A DNA stretch of 63,413 nt, the filler included, from Phoronis australis (lineage: Eukaryota; Animalia; Phoronida): the NCBI GenBank assembly GCA_002633005.1. It is 6 parts of 6 records of this genome, joined end to end, with 100 filler letters (N's around TTAATTAATTAA, not from the genome) between each part and the next. Parts side by side here need not be neighbours in the genome. Positions count along the whole stretch, not along the records: positions 37,082 to 56,774 come from NMRA01000506.1; positions 56,875 to 60,883 come from NMRA01002748.1; positions 60,984 to 63,413 come from NMRA01003672.1; 3 more parts are not named here. One strand, 5' to 3'. The position numbers and the translations under genes were made by a program. The notes beneath the pieces were generated by a model, which worked only from the letters and a program-made list of their open reading frames with translations, did no database searches and had not been told where the DNA came from. Of the stretch, positions 52,701-63,413 are shown in pieces (the stretch's first letter is position 1; each line of letters opens with the position of its first letter).

Positions 52701-53055
52701 CACTGACACTTCTCAACAATAAACACACCAGTGACGCGTCCAAATCATCCACCACAATGCCCTCTTTTGGTTGATCATCCGGATACAGAAATTTCTTCTG
52801 TTGTTTCTGCAATGCCTTTAATGAGAAAAGCTCCTTTTTCACTTTGGCCAAAACATCAACAAAGGAGCAATGTTCTCCGTCGATGGAATCATTTCCACAC
52901 TCGGCACCACATTGACGGAATTTAGTTCTACTGCAGTAATTGTACATGGCGGCTAGTCGTTTTTCCAGGAGGTCCTTTAGAACATCCCGTCCAGTGTCCA
53001 CCAGGAGACCACAGAGCCGTGTGTAATTACTGGCGTCCACTAGAGTGACTGTCAT
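49722..53055 (-). CDS. DZIP3-like HEPN domain protein with C-terminal multi-pass hydrophobic region, 360 aa; exons 53055-52656, 51689-51378, 50092-49722
   Basis: 400+312+371 = 1083 nt open through two phase-1 GT-AG introns. NYTRLCGLLVDTGRDVLKDLL, QQKKFLYP, DDLDASLVCLLLRSV, CIARLHHRRNFLLGH (R-x5-H) and ELFDNLWSSITTDLMRL fit the HEPN_DZIP3 pattern; four hydrophobic stretches follow. Minus-strand AATAAA at 49627-49622. Confidence 0.82.
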
Positions 53056-53739
53056 GGCTAATGTGGGTATGCTAACTGAAAAACACAAGAAAAGCAAGAA
53101 CAGTAAAATTTGCGGAAATCAAATCCAACCCGACAAATATATTTCATCGGAGTATGGTGAAATCCGTGAGGGCATGAAGGTATGAGTAAAGAAAACTCTC
53201 CCGCTGATGAGCGATGCAAAACTCCATCTTGTGAATGTCCGACTTTAGCAAATACTCAGCTCTTAAAACAGAGCTGAAGGGCCATCGGGGGACCGCGTTT
53301 TCACGGATTGGTGAAATGGACATAAAGTAAAAGAATGGAAGGAAAATTCTTGATCAGTACGCTAGTACTAACCAAATCAAATTCCCTTGGCATATTCAGT
53401 GAATGCTTCTTTTCATGAGTTCACAAAAATGTAAATAGCAGAGTCGAGCAAATAGTAAAAAGTCGAATCTGAGTGAATACGTTCTTTCGAAGGGCTTGAT
53501 TTCTTTGCAATTATATTCGCCGTATTATTTCTGCAGATAAATGCGTTCTTGCAATCACAATTTGGATATGTGCAGGTTAGTATTGATGTGCAATTGGAGT
53601 GTGATATGTATGACTTAATTCTACACTTTCACTGTACGGAATTTCAACCCTGTTTAAAAGCTGGTTTACCGACTAGTCCGACTTATGCAAGTTTTACTGT
53701 AGTACAGTTGAACAGTGTTGCAGTGAATCCTCACAGGAC

Positions 53740-53745
53740 TTTATT
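53740..53745 (-). terminator. Candidate polyadenylation signal (AATAAA) for Churchill
   Basis: TTTATT on plus about 300 nt past the Churchill stop. Confidence 0.45.
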
Positions 53746-54047
53746 GATTATGTTCGCTAATACAAATTAACTTATGCAGTTAGCTTGGGACTTGTTCGAA
53801 TGGAGCGTAGCGAACAAATGAATGTACCAAACCAGGCACATTGAGCTGCAATATGACTGTATGAGTGTTGTCTTACAACAAGTTTTTAACTACGATTAAG
53901 AGTGAAAATAGATGTGGAAGCTGCGTCCAACAATAAGGCTTAAACTTTGTTACCTCAGTCAGTGAACACAACACTTGAAAGTAGTAAAGAAGTAAAAGGT
54001 TGACTGTATTAAATTACACCAACCAAATCTATGCTGTAAAATTCCTC

Positions 54048-56124
54048 CTAATAAAACAGCTGAGGGACGTCTGGTAAAATACTCTTTGTGTCTTCTGCTC
54101 TCCCGCAAAGCAAACACAGCATTGTATACTCCTGAAAGAAAGGGTCAGATGAGTCGTCTGAAGACCAAAGCAAAATCTATCCCAACTAAAAAAGTATGAA
54201 AGACAGTCACAGTCACACTAGTTTCAGTGCCAAACACATGACACACAGGAGTGGAAGAAACAGCATAATTTTGTGGTGACAGAACTGTCGATTCCTTGTA
54301 TTGCATACATTCACTAGCAGGACCGAGCTCAGAGGTGTAGGAGACATGTTTGTGCAATGCTCGGTTGTCTGCCAATAATGCCAGGATTCAAACCCAGGTC
54401 TCCCAAACGGGAGTTCAGAGCTCAAACTACTGAGCCACACTGTCTCCTCAATAGTGATTGGTCAATTTCTTTTCTTATGTTACTTTAGGTACATATATAT
54501 TAAAATGAGAAATGTTCCCATGTGCTTATATTTGAGAAACATAAACGTGATGGAGAAGGGAACTGACCATCTGACTACTCCGGGTAAAGCACAGGAAAAC
54601 CACTACCAAAAATGTTCTGTATGCTTCACTCAACAACATACTTTATTAAGACAGTGTTTATTAAAAACTCAGTTATTTTACATGAAAAGGAACTGCCTCA
54701 ATTGTCAGAGTTCCATGTTTTAAAAATTGACTACTAGGTACATTGCTGGTGTACCACATGATATCTGATGACAGATGTACCACACAAAGTGTGCTTAAAA
54801 CAAAGTAAGAATTTTCTTGGTTCATTTTTGTAGAGAATTTTGACAAACAAAAAATCTGTTTTTCTGCCATATTGTGCACTAAAAAGCGGAAAACTTTACT
54901 ATACAAAACACAGCAAATTTACTAACCTGTAGTTTGTCGTCAGCACTAAAGGTGTACTCGTGTTTTGCTACCACATGGTGACATTTATCACACAGATCTG
55001 AAACACCTACGAGCACTTAGTCGTGACAAGCACAAAATTCATAATTTTTCAATTCAATGATTAACTAGCTGTTGCTTAAAACTGCAGTACGACAGAGAAT
55101 TGGTTAAGTTAACAAGTAAGGAATATAACATCTCAAACAATTGTGGGAATTTAGTGTGTTTTACAGCATGTTTTCATTGCATGCCAACATAGGATAGAAG
55201 ATGACAGTTCATTGTGTACATACGCTGGTAAGTAACGAGTTCTTCGTTATCTTCTTCTGACTTTATAACGTTGACGTTCACTATAGCTCGTTCCTTACAG
55301 TGAGAACATTCGGAAAAGTTAAGGTAGTATGTCCCAGACTCCAAGCATACAGAACCCTGAAACAAAACAGTGGAAAAGGCATTGGCAAGTCAGGCCAACA
55401 GAACTGAGTGGCATAGGTCTGGTACATGAGAGGGACAGAGAGACCTGTCAATCGAACAGGACTCACTTAAAACATTCAGTAATAGCCTTGATGGGTAATA
55501 CCATACCATACGTGGACCTGTTTGTTTGCATTGGTGGGGTATATCTGCAGTTCAGTGAAAACCTTGAACCTGTAAATGGAATATTAGACATGCAAGGAGA
55601 GAAATTTTAAAAAGGGACTGTAAGTGACATAAAAATCTAGAAAAAATACTGGCTAGTGGCAGTGGTGAGGGCTGCAAATGAAATTTATTCATAATACAAT
55701 ATTTATTAGTAGGCTGACGTGTTCACCTCTACTCAAAAGGTACACATAGTAACGTGATTGATACAGGTTAGCCAGGGTTAAGTGCACTGCAGGTGTACAA
55801 GTTACATTAGGTGTGCCGCTGCCAATGCCTTAACAAATGCCAGACCTGCACCTCACTGAGTCTGAGAGTTAGAGTGAGATGACTGACAATGACTGACAGC
55901 CGTACAGCACTACAGCAGACTTAGTACAGAAACGAGACAAATCGGTGGCGATGTGCACCTTGTTGTTTACTATTCTTGGGAGTCTTGAAACCCTCAAGTC
56001 GCGTAGAAGCCATTAAACAGTAAAATCTTAAGGTTTAGAATTTGACACGCACCCAAATGTGGACTTTGAGCATTCTTTTACTTACCCGATCAGGAAACTC
56101 GGACACAACACAATTTCCGCACAT
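54048..56124 (-). CDS. CHURC1: Protein Churchill (zinc-binding), complete, 108 aa; exons 56124-56086, 55356-55224, 54997-54927, 54131-54048
   Basis: Spliced product [13 protein letters not shown]|[45 protein letters not shown]|[23 protein letters not shown]|[27 protein letters not shown] is colinear with vertebrate Churchill; all introns GT-AG; 327 nt including stop. Confidence 0.97.
54378..54448 (-). mobile_element. tRNA-derived SINE head, decayed
   Basis: A-box-like GTGGCTCAGTAG and B-box-like GGTTTGAATCC at tRNA spacing; no intact cloverleaf. Confidence 0.5.
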
Positions 56125-59100
56125 CACGGCGACACTAGTGTCATCTAACGGTAGAATAGTAGATGGTAAGGACACCTTTTGAGCGACTGCCGTACCAATG
56201 TCAATCAATTTTTTTAGTGCTTTATGATCTGCTTTTGATTGAAAATTTTATTGTTGTTATCATTAGTCGGTGAGTTCAGAGTTCTGGTCAAGCACTGTTC
56301 TTTTAAGAATGCTATCTTATTACAACATAGTTTTATCTAGAATAAGGTTAAACATGCTGGCACCCAGGGTGGCTCGCCGGGGGTCGAACGAGCCGCCCAT
56401 TTGACAAAGTGGACAAAAAGGTCCGCCTCAAAAACTCCGAAAAAAGTAGAAAACGAGATAAAAGTCCACTAAAAAGGCAGGAACTAGTAAAATTCGGCGA
56501 ATGCACTATTCATATATAGCTCTGAACGTACCCCGCGAATTTTAGTATGGGGTCCGACAATTTCTCAAAAATTCGAGTTCCCCATTTTTGGGCTGGGTAC
56601 GTGGGTGCATGCTAAACAAATGACACTAAAGTACAGGTATTGTATTTTAGTGTATTCTGCTAGCCCTTTACAGTGTGAGAAAACTTCCGGGAATTCCTGA
56701 TATTGGTCAATTTTGTTAATATCCAAATCTAAGCGGCCTCAGTCCTCGTCCTGCTGCCCCTCGTAATCACAACTNNNNNNNNNNNNNNNNNNNNNNNNNN
56801 NNNNNNNNNNNNNNNNNNTTAATTAATTAANNNNNNNNNNNNNNNNNNNNNNNNNNNNNNNNNNNNNNNNNNNNCTGCCACTGCATTAAAAATGTACTCT
56901 AAAAACTGTGTTTGGCACTTGAACTTGAACAACAGTCAGAAATGTGCTCAGTAAACTGCAACACACACACATGCTGAACGAACGAAGCAGACTTGCTGGT
57001 GTTGGGTTTGTAACAAAGGTCAAAGTTAACCCTAAACCGGGAACAGAAGCACAACTTTCATGGTGAACGCCAAGTTCATCATACTGATTGTCTCAGAGAA
57101 TACAGTGTGTCAAACAAGTGTTTTAAGACAAGTTGGTAACTTCACGAACAGCAAAGACCACTCACTTGGGACTTTTTAGACATGTCGTAAATATCCCGGC
57201 TTCCGTAGTACTCCAATATTAGCCGCTCTCGATTTTGCCCGTCAACGCATATAGATAGTCTATTGGTCAAATATACGCGCCATTTGTTAAGTTTTACGAA
57301 TATCCATGGTCACACAATTTCCGTAGTAAACCGACCATATCTAAGCGCTCTCACCACACCAGCAATTTGCTCCGCATTAGTACCTTACACATCTAATACT
57401 TCGTACACAATGTATCCCCGATTCAATTTGTCCGGTGAGATCTCGTCTATTATCATGTAAATCGAGTCACTAGGTTACGGTACACACAATGGTGAGCCAC
57501 CGTGGCCTGGTCCAGGAGCTATCCCACTGGCGATTGAAAAGCCAGTGCTTTGTAACGCTCTGAAATTGCCTGTCTGGCGGTACCACGACTGAAAGCCACT
57601 CTTGTATCACCTCAGATTCATACTTGACGTAGAAAAGTGAAGTTCTTGTTGAGATTTCATCCAACTAAGTAGTACCTTTCAAAGGTGCGCGCTTCAAGCT
57701 TGCAGATTTGATCGCGCCATCTATTGATCAACAAGAAGTTCATTTGCAGTACGTGAACTTGGAACCCAAAGAGACCATACTCGCAAGCCAGACAGCGCGT
57801 GACATGCGGTCCGCCATATCGATGATGAACGCTATGTAAACAGAAGCACGGTGGCCTTATGGAAGCCGCGGAATTTTCACAATAAAAATTTTAAATTTTA
57901 AATACTAACGAGGTTCTAAAATATTGGTAACATAAAGCAATGTAAGCCTGTGACCCACGCATTGCTTAGTCATATAATCCATTGCAAAGACAAAATTCCT
58001 ATTGCTTTAGCTGAAATTCTCACGGAGTCATGCTAGGGCCTGGGAGATTTTCCCGGCTCAGTCGAAAAGAAAATAACTGAAATGTTTTAGAAAATGGTAT
58101 TATACAGAGATTAACCTTTTTCGTCGTTATAATTGTATAGTACCTATTTTTCAGTTGTTTATAAATCGACAAGACGATCAGCTGTCGAGGGGGCCGCTCT
58201 CCGGCGTGCCATAACATCACTGTATTCCTAAAGTTTTTAGTACGGGTTTAAAAACTCTTTGACACGACGCCACTTGATTTGTTCTAACAAAAAGATTTGA
58301 GGCATGCGTTCGTGTGAAACACTTGAACACGGGTAGAAAAAAAATAATAGAAACTCATGGAAATCGATAAGCATACAAACAGCAGTGTGCGTGCATGTAA
58401 ACTGAGTCGTGTCATTGTGTCGGGTGCAACAACCAATGGAACTGTATATGTTCGTGTACATGCGCATATTTGGAATTGAAGGCATAGACCACTGAGTTTG
58501 AATAAAACTTGGGATCAAACTTTTGCAAAACGATAGAGTTTCAGAAACTAATATGTTAACATTAAGTAAGGCAATGAAAAAAGAAGAGTGCACGACGCCA
58601 AAAACACCCTGTACTGATTGGTAACACACGCACGTATACATCAGTTAGCCGCGTGTGCCTGTGAACACTACTGCTTGGGCGGCAGAAGCCGGAGGTAGAA
58701 GTGTGCATTGATTTTGCACAGACCCGATTTTCTGAAAGGTGATTGGAATTGTCTACTTCAGGTAAAACCAAGGAATAATGATTACATCAACATGCAGACG
58801 TTTTTAAAAAAATAAAACGCATGTAAGGGATGCTGAAGAGTCTCAAGGAAAATTACTTCAGCGATACGCTACTTTTCTTTAACCATCCAGTATCACTTGT
58901 CCTTGTACCTAATTCATCTTAGCGTGGTGAACTCAGTGGTAATTTGTACAGTTTGAAATGACATGGTCTCACAGCTCAAACACTTGTATCATAGACTTTG
59001 TTGTAAAACAATACGCCGCGGAACTAGAGTTTTAAAAAGGGCGTTCGCGTTATTAATTTTACCAATATTAATTTTTACACCAATCAATGTACCCCTTTTA

Positions 59101-59959
59101 TCCGACCATGATGCGCGGAGTCGCAGATTTTTTTTCTGTCAATAACAAGCACACTTCCATCTGATTGGCCATCCAGAACGAGAAGGACAACAAAAATGTT
59201 CACACAGAAACAACACATTGAGATACTGTAATCATATCAGAAAATAAGGTTTTGATTTATTTCAAAAAATATTTATTTCAAAATACATTTATTACAAAAT
59301 ATCACCATCACCCAGTAAAATCACACCGTGACAGTAAAATGGAAATGTCTAGCTGGTACACAGTTACTGGTACAAGCACTCCACTTCAGCAAAAGTCGGA
59401 TTTCAACCAACTCTAATTTAATCCCTCAATTCAGTTGAATCCAACATTTAAAGGCACACACTTATGTTACTAGTACATTTATATTGACAGCACCCCGCAA
59501 CTAACTAAATATGACAAAATTCAGTGGTCATAAACTCTACCTGCTCTGTCCTACATACCCAGCCATTAATACACTGTAAGTAGCGGAAGACCATAAACAG
59601 GACAGAATATAAAAATGATGATTTTTCTCAAGTAAGACAGTTGCAGATTTTAATAGCTTGCTAGGTTACATAACATTTGTCCCATCTCTTGAAATCTACA
59701 GATTGAAACAACCCATCGACCGTCCCAATATAACATTGTGGGGCGTGGTATTCTTACGGTATCCCTTCCTTTGATCCTGCCCTGTTCCCAATAATCTGGC
59801 TATGTTTAATAAATCTTCGAATTGGTGTTCACTTTGTAAAAATGTCCAACTACTAATCTTGTAGTCACGTTTTGTGCTTCTTTGTTGCTAGAAAACAACA
59901 GATATCTTGGAGAGAATATAAGGTCACTAAACCCACGTCGGACTAAGAAGGTAAGTGAG

Positions 59960-60040
59960 GAGGCAGTGTGGCCTGGATGACTAAGTGCCCGCTTTCTTTA
60001 CTCGAGGTCGTGGGTTCGAGTCCCACCAGGTAACACTGCT
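59960..60040 (+). mobile_element. tRNA-derived SINE head
   Basis: GTGGCCTGGATG (A-box-like) and GTGGGTTCGAGTCCCAC (T-arm with B box); acceptor stem does not close. Confidence 0.55.
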
Positions 60041-60613
60041 AAACCCTTGAATCAGGTTTCTAGCTCCTCAGCTCGGTTTTAACGATATTAATAAAGCATA
60101 AAAATATTTCCAGGTGATCAGTGCAATGGGCCCACATGCGAGGCCTGCGCACGTCTGGTACAATGTGTATCAGACCGTCTGCAATTATTTTTTATAAGAA
60201 GGTAAGTCAGGTTAAGACCACGAAAAATCGACTTTTATCCAATATTCCAAGTTTAAACAAGCCACGCCCTTGCTTAAACTTGGAATAATTCATTTTCTTC
60301 ATCTTAACAAAAAATCGTGTGGTGAACTAAACATTCTCTGAATGGTTGCTATATATTGTAAATGCGTTTTCTGAGTCGCTCTCAATACCTTTATAAAACT
60401 ATTTCAGTGATCTCATCTCCTCGGACGACCACACCACTTCCCTCGTTCCACTCAGTTTCCAAATGTCCTTTAACTGTTTATGGTTGCGTTTTTCTGATTG
60501 CAGGAACTGTTTAGCTAGTCTGGACCCGGGTCCCTCCAAGCCTGTTGCTTCCGTTGACTTGTTTTGGCGTCACTTTTCTTGTTCTTCACCTATGACATCA
60601 TTTTTTTCTGTAG

Positions 60614-60796
60614 TCAATTCTGTGAGGAAACCTTTTCCTCGAGAGAAAGATGTTCTGACCTTTTTCTACTCATTTTATTGATGACGGAGCTACCAGGAGA
60701 ATACGCCTGCACTGATTCTACCTGCAACTGTGTACTGTCTTTGAAACCCACGTGATCACAGTTCCACTGATGCACTTCAATATTTCTTTTGTTGGC
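60614..60796 (-). CDS. Possible last coding exon of an unidentified minus-strand gene
   Basis: Acceptor TTCTCTTTTAACCCAG precedes an open phase-0 frame ANKRNIEVHQWNCDH...EEKVSSQN*; minus-strand AATAAA motifs near 59270-59295. No recognisable domain. Confidence 0.3.
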   Translation of the reverse strand, partial: ANKRNIEVHQWNCDHVGFKDSTQLQVESVQAYSPGSSVINKMSRKRSEHLSLEEKVSSQN

Positions 60797-60983
60797 CTGG
60801 GTTAAAAGAGAATGCCACCCAAAAAACAACCTATTTTGTATCAATTTAGATCGAGTAATTCTACTCGATAACGAGACGTTCGGNNNNNNNNNNNNNNNNN
60901 NNNNNNNNNNNNNNNNNNNNNNNNNNNTTAATTAATTAANNNNNNNNNNNNNNNNNNNNNNNNNNNNNNNNNNNNNNNNNNNN

Positions 60984-62417
60984 GCGCAAAACAAAACAAA
61001 ACTACCTCTAGGAGGCGCCACAGTAGTCAAATTCGTTATCGTCAACCGTCCTCTTCACAACATATACGCCAATTTTCAAAATCATCTTCAGAAAGGTTTG
61101 GTTGATCGAGGGGTGGACGCCAAAAACCAAGACTCGAAAACAGGTGGCGCAAAGTACCTCGATTCCATCCGAAACAGGAAGGATAGCATCATCTCACCAA
61201 TAAATGCCTATATTCCAAACTTTCTGATAATCCGTTGAGGACCTTTGAAGATACAGAGGTAAGCATAAAACTTGAAATTTCAGTTGCCACATGGGGCACA
61301 CTGGTAGTCCGATCCGTCTGAAAGTTGTTGTCATCCGTTGTCAACATCATATAAATACACTTGCTAAATTAAGCAAAGATGCTGCAAACGGTTTAAGAGA
61401 TACAGCCATGGGTGCAAAAAAAACTGCCACTAGGTGGCGCCACAATAGTCGAAGTCGTCGGAAAATCATCGTCAGCTTCGTAGTAAGAACTTACAAGCCA
61501 ACTTTCACAATCATCCTCAGAGCGGTTTGGTTGATATAGAAGTGGACGCCAAAAAACAGACTAAAAACAGTAAAATGGCCACTAGGTGACGCAAACGTCG
61601 TCGAATCCATTCGAAAACAGGAGTATAGCGTCATCTCACTGAATAGGTGCCTATATTCCAAATTGTATGAAAATACGTTGAGGACCTTTGAAGATACAGA
61701 AGTAAACGTAAAAAAATAAATTGCCACTAGGGGGCACACCAGTAGTCAGATCCGCGTCCGAAAGTTGTCGTCATCTATTATCAACATCATATAATACACT
61801 TGCAGAATTTATTAAAGATCCCGCCAACAGTTTAGGAGATACAGCCATGGGCGCAAAAAGAAACAAAACTGCCACTAGGAGGTGCCACAGTAGTCGAAAT
61901 GGTCGGAAATCATCGTCAGCCGTCCTCTAGCTTAACAGTAAAAACGTACATGCCAATTTCCACAATGATCCTTACANAGCTGTGTGGTTGATAGATGAGT
62001 GGACGCCAAAAACAGACTCAAAAACAGCAAAAATGGCCACCAGTTGGCGCAAATTACGTCGAATCCATCCGAAAACGGGAGGATAGCGTCATCTCACTAA
62101 TACTATTGATGCCTATTATGCCAAATTTTATGAAAATACGTCGAGCCTGACCTTTGAAGATATAGAGGTAAGCGTAAAAAACTAAAATTGTCACTAGGGG
62201 GCACATCGGTACATCGGATCGTCCTAAATTTCGCTCATGCCGTCCCATCCATGATAGGAACATATGTGCAAAATTTCATAAACGTACGTCAAAGGGTTTT
62301 GGAGATAGAGCAGCGGACGCCGGACGGCCGAGCGCCGGACGGACGGGCGCCGGACGGACGGACGTACGGAGATGACGGCATAATGTGTCCACATATAAAT
62401 GTGTGGGCGCATAAAAA
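60984..62417 (-). mobile_element. Helentron-associated element (HINE-like), long copy with an expanded internal tandem array; cut by gap
   Basis: Same head and CGTCC tract as 44400-45289 in reverse orientation; at least nine ~148-bp subunits in a ~440-bp three-subunit higher-order period. Confidence 0.8.
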
Positions 62418-62504
62418 TAGGCCACACCTTAGCTTACGAAGTGTCCCGAACTGAATTCGTGAACTGTGCTAATACGTTAAGAAAAATTGAATAGCACAAT
62501 GTTT

Positions 62505-62550
62505 TGTGTGTGTGCCAGTGTGTGTGTGTGTGTGTGTGTGTTTATGTGTT
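62505..62550. repeat. (GT)n microsatellite, interrupted
   Basis: Read directly. Confidence 0.9.
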
Positions 62551-63380
62551 TATATTTATATTTGCAATACAGTAGTACATAATGTACGTGATGACGTCAA
62601 ACGGAAATGGACGAACTTCGCATCGAATGAGAATGGTATTTACGGTAGTGGGGTACATCGTGCATTAACAGCAATGAACGACGTGTGAACTGTAATAACA
62701 ATCTGTCATACCCAGTCCGCATAGGCGTTATTTGACACTTCACAATGAGACATAATAACAATTAAAAATCCAAAATGTTAAATTTTGGGAGAGATATTTA
62801 GAAATAATCTTATAAAAATATATATTTGCAATAATAATTCAGACCTCGACTTCAACGGTCAGCTTTTGTGCCACCAAAGACTTTGTACCATTCTGCGAGC
62901 CTGTTTTGCGATTCAGTTCCAAAATCTCTCACCCCAGAGTTCAGGACTATAAAGGCCACAGTATATTAAAGTCATATTGAGCGCCCTTCCGGGCCCTAAA
63001 ATTATACAGCTTAGATAAAAACAAATTTGGCTCCCCTGGACATAATACAATAACTGAATAATAGAATTGTTTATTTCATTTACTTCAGAACTTCAATTAG
63101 ATCCTCTTATAGACGCAAAATTGAAACAAAAACACTCGTCATTGAAACTCAAACATGCCCCATAACAACGATTATTGACTCGCCAGTGACTGCATGGTAT
63201 TTCAGCTTTAAGTTTGTTTACACAAAAGAGACAATTCATCACTTCCGCGTTGTAATCTATATTTAGAGCACGACGTGGTGGATACAATGTGGTGTCAAAA
63301 TGTGATTTCATTTCTTTTATATTTTCCATGAAAGATAAGCAGCAACAAATAAAGTTTCACCAGTTTTAAGTTATAATAAC

Positions 63381-63413
63381 GATGATGACAATGATGATGA
63401 TGATGATGATGAT
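63381..63413. repeat. (GAT)n microsatellite at the window end
   Basis: Read directly. Confidence 0.9.

Noticed and set aside
59960-60040. Functional tRNA gene
   Set aside because: Good T-arm and B box only; acceptor and anticodon stems do not form, consistent with a SINE head.
62844-62946. Minus-strand exon upstream of 60796
   Set aside because: AG/GT-bounded, but all three frames contain stops.

Overview
Eukaryotic, intron-rich, repeat-rich animal DNA, most consistent with a marine invertebrate (probably a lophotrochozoan; inference). It has five 100-nt artificial gaps carrying a TTAATTAATTAA spacer and two plain N gaps. Most entries in the ORF track are spurious; the real genes only appear after manual splicing. 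Genes: (1) two minus-strand exons of a conserved uncharacterised invertebrate protein (478-3246); (2) a minus-strand secreted Sushi/CCP protein (signal-peptide exon at 14693) whose Sushi exons are amplified as an ~848-bp exon+intron tandem array (3411-7590); (3) TRMT6 on plus (9 exons, 39416-48831, first exon not found); (4) a minus-strand 360-aa gene joining a DZIP3-like HEPN domain to about four hydrophobic segments (53055-49722); (5) a complete Churchill/CHURC1 gene (56124-54048) about 1 kb upstream of it on the same strand. The most interesting signal is the Churchill to HEPN-TM arrangement: the HEPN gene starts with a splice acceptor, and both a Churchill 3'-UTR donor and the phase-compatible Churchill exon-2 donor could feed it, giving a bicistronic or fusion transcript. 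Repeats include decayed LINEs, Penelope-like fragments, a nested 4.6-kb hAT element and MITEs with 5-bp TSDs, a Gypsy LTR/PBS/gag fragment, and Helentron-type elements whose ~148-bp internal repeats each carry a CTCF-like motif. No database searches were run; family assignments come from motif recognition.
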